This document shows, piece by piece, positions 58,725 through 64,000 of a stretch of DNA of 64,000 nucleotides (positions are counted from its first letter, which is position 1; each line of letters starts with the position of its first letter). The position numbers were made by a program, and so were the translations under genes. Origin of the DNA: a virus (lineage: Duplodnaviria > Caudoviricetes). The notes beneath the pieces were generated by a model. The model was not told where the DNA came from. It ran no database searches and worked only from the letters and a program-made list of their open reading frames with translations. The stretch is from positions 1 to 64,000 of the IMG/VR virus record IMGVR_UViG_3300029305_003800; one strand, given 5' to 3'.

Positions 58725-60122
58725 ATGGATTTATTTGATGAGAATTTTGAACTAGATAAAGTTAAAGAATCAAATATAACTGAAAAAACAGATAAAGTTG
58801 AAGAAAATACAACTGAAATTGCAGTTATTGAAGATGAAGATTTTAGTGATGCAGATGTTCAAGAATTAGAAGAAAATGAACAAGAAATAGAAACTGAACA
58901 AGAAAATAGTTCAGAGAATTTAATATCTGATGATCTATTTACAATGAAGAAAAAACCAAAAGTCGTTGTAAAACCAGATAGAAATAAAAAATACGATATG
59001 ATTCCAAAGATCACACAACAATTTAGATTTTGTGGAAATCCATTTAGAATAGATTGTTACAAGGGTTGTGATTTTGGATGTAAATATTGTTTTGCTAATG
59101 CTTCAAATCTTTTAGGAAGAAAGGGATGGCAAACAGGAGATATTGATAGACTTGAAAGATTTATGGCGAGAGCATTAGATAAGGATGAAAATGGAAACTA
59201 CAAATGTGAAACAAATAGTTTATCAATGGAATGTGTAAGACATAGAGTTCCAATGCATTGTGGAGGACTTAGCGATCCATTCCAAGATAGAGAGTGGGAA
59301 TTAGGAATAACTTATAGACTTATTCAATTAAGTAATAAATATAATTATCCTATTGTATTTAGCACAAAGGGAGTTATTCCATCTGATTCAAAATATTGGG
59401 ATATTCTTAATCCAAAAATTCACACATTTCAATTAAGTTTGATAAGTAAACATACTGAGTTTTTACACAGGTATGAAACAAATACAGGAACAGCAGAGCA
59501 AAGAATAGCATTTGCAAGAGAATTAAAAAGAAGAGGATTTTGGGTAGCAATAAGAATTCAACCATGTATAGACTTAAATGAAGCATTACAATTAGTTGAA
59601 GAAATAAGTGGTGATGTAAACTATATTACAGTAGAGCATTTGAAAATTGATATTGGAAATGATATGATAAAAGAATTATTTGCAGATCAATTAGATAGTG
59701 GGGATTACCATAGAATATCTACAATGCTATTTGAAATGGAGACTGAGAAGAAAATTCGTGATGTTGAAGCAATTAAGAAGATAAGTAAATGTCCTATAGG
59801 TTGTGGAGATAATGATATTCATTATTTATCTGATTCAGATTGTTGTTGTGGAATTGATACTATGGGACCAGAATTTGAAAATTGGATAAAATATAATATG
59901 ACATATATTTCACATCATATGAATGATGATAATGAAAAACTTTGGACTCCTGATCAAAGTTGCACAGAATGTTTTTTCAAAGGTTCATTTGGAAATAAGG
60001 TTAGTGCAAAAGATATTAAGAATTTGAACTTCAAACAATTTGTAGCAGAATATTGTAGAAGACATCCAGAATTTATGAAACGAAAAGAAAGATATGTAAA
60101 TGATTTATTTGGTGAAGATTAA
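58725..60122 (+). CDS. Radical SAM protein (SPL-like), acidic N-terminus
   Basis: GCDFGCKYC (CxxxCxxC), GGLSDPFQ, STKG, RIQP. Confidence 0.85.
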   Translation: MDLFDENFELDKVKESNITEKTDKVEENTTEIAVIEDEDFSDADVQELEENEQEIETEQENSSENLISDDLFTMKKKPKVVVKPDRNKKYDMIPKITQQFRFCGNPFRIDCYKGCDFGCKYCFANASNLLGRKGWQTGDIDRLERFMARALDKDENGNYKCETNSLSMECVRHRVPMHCGGLSDPFQDREWELGITYRLIQLSNKYNYPIVFSTKGVIPSDSKYWDILNPKIHTFQLSLISKHTEFLHRYETNTGTAEQRIAFARELKRRGFWVAIRIQPCIDLNEALQLVEEISGDVNYITVEHLKIDIGNDMIKELFADQLDSGDYHRISTMLFEMETEKKIRDVEAIKKISKCPIGCGDNDIHYLSDSDCCCGIDTMGPEFENWIKYNMTYISHHMNDDNEKLWTPDQSCTECFFKGSFGNKVSAKDIKNLNFKQFVAEYCRRHPEFMKRKERYVNDLFGED

Positions 60123-60133
60123 TAGGAGGAAAG

Positions 60134-61183
60134 ATGGAAAAGAAAAGCATAGAAAAGTTATATTCAAATGAGATTGTGTTCCGTGGTCATCCAGATAAAG
60201 TATGTGATGAAATTGCAGGAGCAATATTAAGGGAATACATTAAGAGAGATCAACATACTCATGCAGGAATTGAAGTGTGTGGAGGAAAAGGCAAGATATT
60301 CATCACAGGAGAAGTGTCAAGTTTAGCAAGAGTAAATGTAAAGAAAATTGCTAAGAAAGTTTTGAAATCAGTGGGATATAGAACAAATTATAAGATAATT
60401 AATAATATTGGATTGCAAAGTCCAGATATTAATCAAGGTGTAACACAGTCTTCAGGAGAAATAGGTGCAGGTGATCAAGGTATGATGTTTGGTTATGCTT
60501 GTAATGATACTGAAGAAATGTTGCCAACAGCAATGGTTATACTTCAAAGATTATCAAAAACATACGACGATTTGAGAAGAGAAAATCCAAAAGACTTTTA
60601 TCCAGATGGTAAAGCACAAATAACAGGAGTCTATGATGAAAACTTCAGATTAAAGAGAATTAAAACATTTGTGATTAGTTATCAAAATGCAGAAATAAAC
60701 AGAGAGAAAACAGATGAACTATTAAAATCTATCGCAAGTGGTATAGCAAAAGACTTCAATATTGAAGTAGAGGAATTTTTAATCAATCCTACAGGAAAGT
60801 TTTTAATAGGTGGATTTGATGGAGATGCTGGATTAACAGGAAGAAAGATAGTTGTAGATGCTTATCAATCATTTGCCAATGTTGGTGGTGGAAATATGAA
60901 TGGTAAAGATCCATCAAAAGTAGATTTCAGTGCAGCACATAAGGCAAGACAATTAGCAAAGAGAATTGTTAAGAATATGAAACTTAAATGGGCAGAAGTT
61001 CAATTAAGTTATGCTATAGGTGTAGCAGAGCCAGTTGCAATTTATATTGATTCAAATAGAGGAAATATAGAACCACCAAAAACATGGTATAAAGAATGTA
61101 AACCAGCAAATATCATCAAAGAATTAGGACTTTTAGAAGTAGATTATGAAGAATTAGCAAAGTTTGGTCATTTCACAGATTAG
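60134..61183 (+). CDS. metK: S-adenosylmethionine synthetase
   Basis: GHPDK.CD, QSPDI.QGV, GAGDQG.MFGYA, PDGK.Q, NPTG.F.IGG..GDAGLTGRK, GKDPSKVD, FGHF. Confidence 0.95.
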   Translation: MEKKSIEKLYSNEIVFRGHPDKVCDEIAGAILREYIKRDQHTHAGIEVCGGKGKIFITGEVSSLARVNVKKIAKKVLKSVGYRTNYKIINNIGLQSPDINQGVTQSSGEIGAGDQGMMFGYACNDTEEMLPTAMVILQRLSKTYDDLRRENPKDFYPDGKAQITGVYDENFRLKRIKTFVISYQNAEINREKTDELLKSIASGIAKDFNIEVEEFLINPTGKFLIGGFDGDAGLTGRKIVVDAYQSFANVGGGNMNGKDPSKVDFSAAHKARQLAKRIVKNMKLKWAEVQLSYAIGVAEPVAIYIDSNRGNIEPPKTWYKECKPANIIKELGLLEVDYEELAKFGHFTD

Positions 61184-61193
61184 GAGATAATTT

Positions 61194-61691
61194 ATGTATA
61201 TAGATTATATAACGAGAGATGATTATGCAGAATTAATGATCATTTGGAGAAGTCAAAGTGATAAGGCATCTGGATATATATTTGGAATCCCATATAAAAC
61301 AGAAATTTATGAAATGATAGATGAAAAGAGATTTTTATGCGTCAGAGATAATAACAAAATGATTGCTATTTGTGGGTTCAAAGTCCAAAAGAGAAATCCC
61401 ATTGTTAAATTGTGCAATATATGGGTAGATCCAAATTACCGTAGAAAAAGAATTGCCACAACGATGATGGCAGAAGTATTGAAGAGAGTGGATGAAAGTT
61501 ATTATCCAGTCATTAGTTGTAAAGATGGTGCAGAAAATAACAGTTTTTATGAATCATTAAAATTACAAAATTATACAATAAAATCAACGAATGTTATGAA
61601 AGTTAGAACATACATTCTTGATAGAGAAAAAATAAACAATAAAATAAATATAGAATTAAAATTTACAAATCAAGGAGGAAATAAAGAATGA
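61194..61691 (+). CDS. GNAT-family acetyltransferase
   Basis: IWVDPNYRRKRIAT (motif A), NNSFYESL. Confidence 0.8.
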   Translation: MYIDYITRDDYAELMIIWRSQSDKASGYIFGIPYKTEIYEMIDEKRFLCVRDNNKMIAICGFKVQKRNPIVKLCNIWVDPNYRRKRIATTMMAEVLKRVDESYYPVISCKDGAENNSFYESLKLQNYTIKSTNVMKVRTYILDREKINNKINIELKFTNQGGNKE

Positions 61692-62782
61692 GTAAATTTG
61701 AAATCGGAACAGAAAAATTAACAGAGGCAGTAAACAGAGCAAGTAAAGGAGTAGGAAACATAGGAATATTTGTTATTACATCAGTTATGGGGTTAGAAGG
61801 AAAAGATGGTAATCTTATTCTTACAACAACAGATAATTCAACAAATCTTACCGTAACAGTAAAAGATGTTTTACCAAAAGATTTAACATTTTACACTGCA
61901 ACAGAGGCAGCATTGCTAAAAGCACTTGTAAATAAAACAACATCCGCAACAATAGAATTAGATATTCAAGAAGATAAAATTGTATTTAGTGGAAACTGTG
62001 ATGCAAATCTTCCTATTGTTCAAAATGATGAAGGAACAGGTCCAGCAAGAATTAGAAAGACTCTTGTAGAAGGAGAACCACAAACAGTAAAAGTATCAGA
62101 TCTTAAAAAGTTCTTAAGATACTTAAAAGGCACATTACCAACAAGTAGTGAAAATCCACAATATTTAGCATATAGAGTCGGAAATAATTTTGCTATGACT
62201 TATGACAATTTTGGATCAAACTTAATTGAAATTGAATGGAATCCAGGTGATATTTTAATTCCATCACAAATAGTAAATTTATTTGATTTACTTAAAGATG
62301 AGACTGCTAAAATAACTGTAGCAGATGGAAAAATCAAAGTTGAAACAGATGAAATTGTTGTTACAGGATCATTAAGAGCAGATGTGGATAAATATCCAAC
62401 AGAAAGATTTACAAGAATTGTTTATTCAACAGAAATGTTTAATACAGAGGTCACTATAGATAAATCAAGACTTGTAGATGCATTAGATCGTTTATCATTG
62501 TTTGTAACAAAAGATACAGAATATAAATTTACTGCAGAAATTGGAAAAGATTCAATTATGTTGTTAACAAATGATAGAAACTATGTAGAAAAAGTTGAAT
62601 TTGAAAAGAGTGATGCATCAGTTGCAGAAGTAGAAAGAATTGTAGGACTTGCAACTCTTAAGGCAGCAGTATCAGCATTAAGTGGAGACAAAGTTGTAGT
62701 TAACTTTGGTGAAAATGGTGGTATGAGAATTACAGAGGACAAGGCATACATGGTTGTTCCATATGCAAGAAAGTTGAATTAA
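61688..62782 (+). CDS. Sliding clamp (DnaN/beta-like)
   Basis: 364 aa; L.LTTTD, KYP, L.DALDR.SL, terminal V.P. Confidence 0.75.
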   Translation: MSKFEIGTEKLTEAVNRASKGVGNIGIFVITSVMGLEGKDGNLILTTTDNSTNLTVTVKDVLPKDLTFYTATEAALLKALVNKTTSATIELDIQEDKIVFSGNCDANLPIVQNDEGTGPARIRKTLVEGEPQTVKVSDLKKFLRYLKGTLPTSSENPQYLAYRVGNNFAMTYDNFGSNLIEIEWNPGDILIPSQIVNLFDLLKDETAKITVADGKIKVETDEIVVTGSLRADVDKYPTERFTRIVYSTEMFNTEVTIDKSRLVDALDRLSLFVTKDTEYKFTAEIGKDSIMLLTNDRNYVEKVEFEKSDASVAEVERIVGLATLKAAVSALSGDKVVVNFGENGGMRITEDKAYMVVPYARKLN

Positions 62783-62793
62783 GGAGATAAAAG

Positions 62794-63612
62794 ATGAGCA
62801 GTTCAGCAAAAAGAGATTTATTTTCAATGATAAGTGCAGCAGTTGATGAATTGCCACCAGAGGAATCATTTTTATCAGACTTGAGAAATACAGTTCAGAA
62901 ATGTAATCCTCCAAGAAAGGGAAGTAGATTTTATAAACCATCTTCTATGAACTGTAATAGGTGTATGTTTTATATAGCAAAGGGAACAGATCCTGATGAT
63001 TCATTACCTAGTTACAGTTCTGTGAGGATTACAGAGTCTGGAACTTCCAGTCACGAGAAAATACAATATTATGTAAGTCAAATGAGAAATAAAGGATTTG
63101 ACTGTGATTGGATAGATCCTAAGTGGTATGTAAAGAACAAATGTCTAAATTACTTAAGAATTCAAGATGAAGAATTTTGTAAAGAATTTGGATTTGAGTA
63201 TCATGGAGAAAAAGAATTTGAAACAAAATTCTTTGATACAAGATATAATTTATCTTTTATGTGTGATGGAATTATTAGATATAAGGGAAAGTATTATATA
63301 CTTGAAATAAAAACTGAAACAGATTATAAAAATATGAACAGAACAGAGGCAGATGAAAAGCATAGAAATCAGTCTGTTTGTTATTCTTTATCTTTGGGAA
63401 TAGAAGATATTATGTGGATTTATGAAAGTAGAAACATTTGCAATCCTCAGGTATTTCACACAAAAGTAACAGATAAAGAAAGAGAAGAAATGGTATTGAA
63501 AATTGAATATGTAGATGATTGTGTTAGAAATAATATTCTACCTCCAAAGGTGGATGATCATAAAGCATGTCAATACTGTTCATTTAGAGGAATTTGTTCA
63601 AGGAGTAAGTAA
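62794..63612 (+). CDS. Cas4-like PD-(D/E)XK exonuclease
   Basis: PSSMNC.R, GT..H, CDGII, LEIKT, Q..Y, C.YC....C. Confidence 0.8.
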   Translation: MSSSAKRDLFSMISAAVDELPPEESFLSDLRNTVQKCNPPRKGSRFYKPSSMNCNRCMFYIAKGTDPDDSLPSYSSVRITESGTSSHEKIQYYVSQMRNKGFDCDWIDPKWYVKNKCLNYLRIQDEEFCKEFGFEYHGEKEFETKFFDTRYNLSFMCDGIIRYKGKYYILEIKTETDYKNMNRTEADEKHRNQSVCYSLSLGIEDIMWIYESRNICNPQVFHTKVTDKEREEMVLKIEYVDDCVRNNILPPKVDDHKACQYCSFRGICSRSK

Positions 63613-64000
63613 TGGCTAAATCAAGAGGAAAGGAATTTGAAAAGAACTTCAGTGATACAGTAAAAGAGTTACAAGCACAGGGATTTCAAGTAGATATTCA
63701 AAGACTATATGATGTTGTAGGGAAGAAAACTATAAATCAACCATCAGATTTTACATGTTATTATTATCCAAATGAAATATATGTAGAATGTAAGTCAACA
63801 AATGATTCTTCTTTTAGTTATTATTATCAACCTCAATATCCAAGACTTATAGAGAAGTCAAAAATACGAGGAATAAAAGCAGGAATGCTTATTTGGTTCG
63901 TAAAATATAAAAGAGTCTTTTGGGTAGATATTGATTGGATGCAGGGATTATTTAATTCTTCAGGAGTGAAGTCATTCACAGTAAATAGACTAAGTGAGGC
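63612..64000 (+). CDS. RecU-like Holliday junction resolvase, 3'-truncated
   Basis: MAKSRGKEFE..RLYD..PSDF..VECKS..Q..L..AG..IWF; open to window end. Confidence 0.7.
   Translation, partial: MAKSRGKEFEKNFSDTVKELQAQGFQVDIQRLYDVVGKKTINQPSDFTCYYYPNEIYVECKSTNDSSFSYYYQPQYPRLIEKSKIRGIKAGMLIWFVKYKRVFWVDIDWMQGLFNSSGVKSFTVNRLSE

Noticed and set aside
21-62941. Minus-strand ORFs and nested alternate-frame ORFs (e.g. 17119-17748, 5823-6338, 34295-34489)
   Set aside because: They are shadows of A-rich + strand genes, with Ser/Phe/Leu-rich composition and no RBS.
62794-63612. Cas4 as evidence for CRISPR-Cas
   Set aside because: No array or other cas genes; it sits among replication genes, as phage Cas4-like exonucleases commonly do.
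1-64000. tRNA, rRNA, integrase, terminase, IS elements, introns/inteins
   Set aside because: None recognisable by eye. PolA and the helicases are uninterrupted. Terminase and tube probably lie outside the window.

Overview
A 64-kb segment of an AT-rich (roughly 28-30% GC by eye) tailed dsDNA phage with a contractile (myovirus-type) tail. Every credible gene is on the + strand and reads in standard code 11. Order: end of a DUF3383-type tail sheath; DUF1073-type portal; a block of modular putative internal-head proteins; MuF; sigma-like factor; DUF2213-type protease/scaffold; DUF2184-type major capsid; neck, short tape measure and baseplate; tail fibres carrying TWO tandem diversity-generating retroelements; a membrane-protein cassette with no visible endolysin; small early genes; SNF2 helicase; replication genes (initiator, DnaC-like, DnaB, primase, second sigma-like factor, SSB, PolA); a radical SAM-MetK-GNAT cassette; beta clamp; Cas4-like exonuclease; RecU. 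Main leads: (1) twin DGRs, each with its own RT, TR, VR and hairpin. DGR1 has no avd and a frameshifted target; DGR2 has avd and a purely adenine-specific TR/VR pattern. (2) A putative capsid-cargo system: four head-region proteins share an ungapped 24-aa tag, and two look like polyproteins of small modules joined by D-S-A-I-E-D-like linkers that resemble Asp motifs in the protease and capsid leader. (3) A possible DNA-modification cassette. (4) A switch-like structured RNA with a pseudoknot upstream of the replication initiator. (5) Several promoter/operator motif families. Family assignments come from motif recognition and synteny, not database searches.
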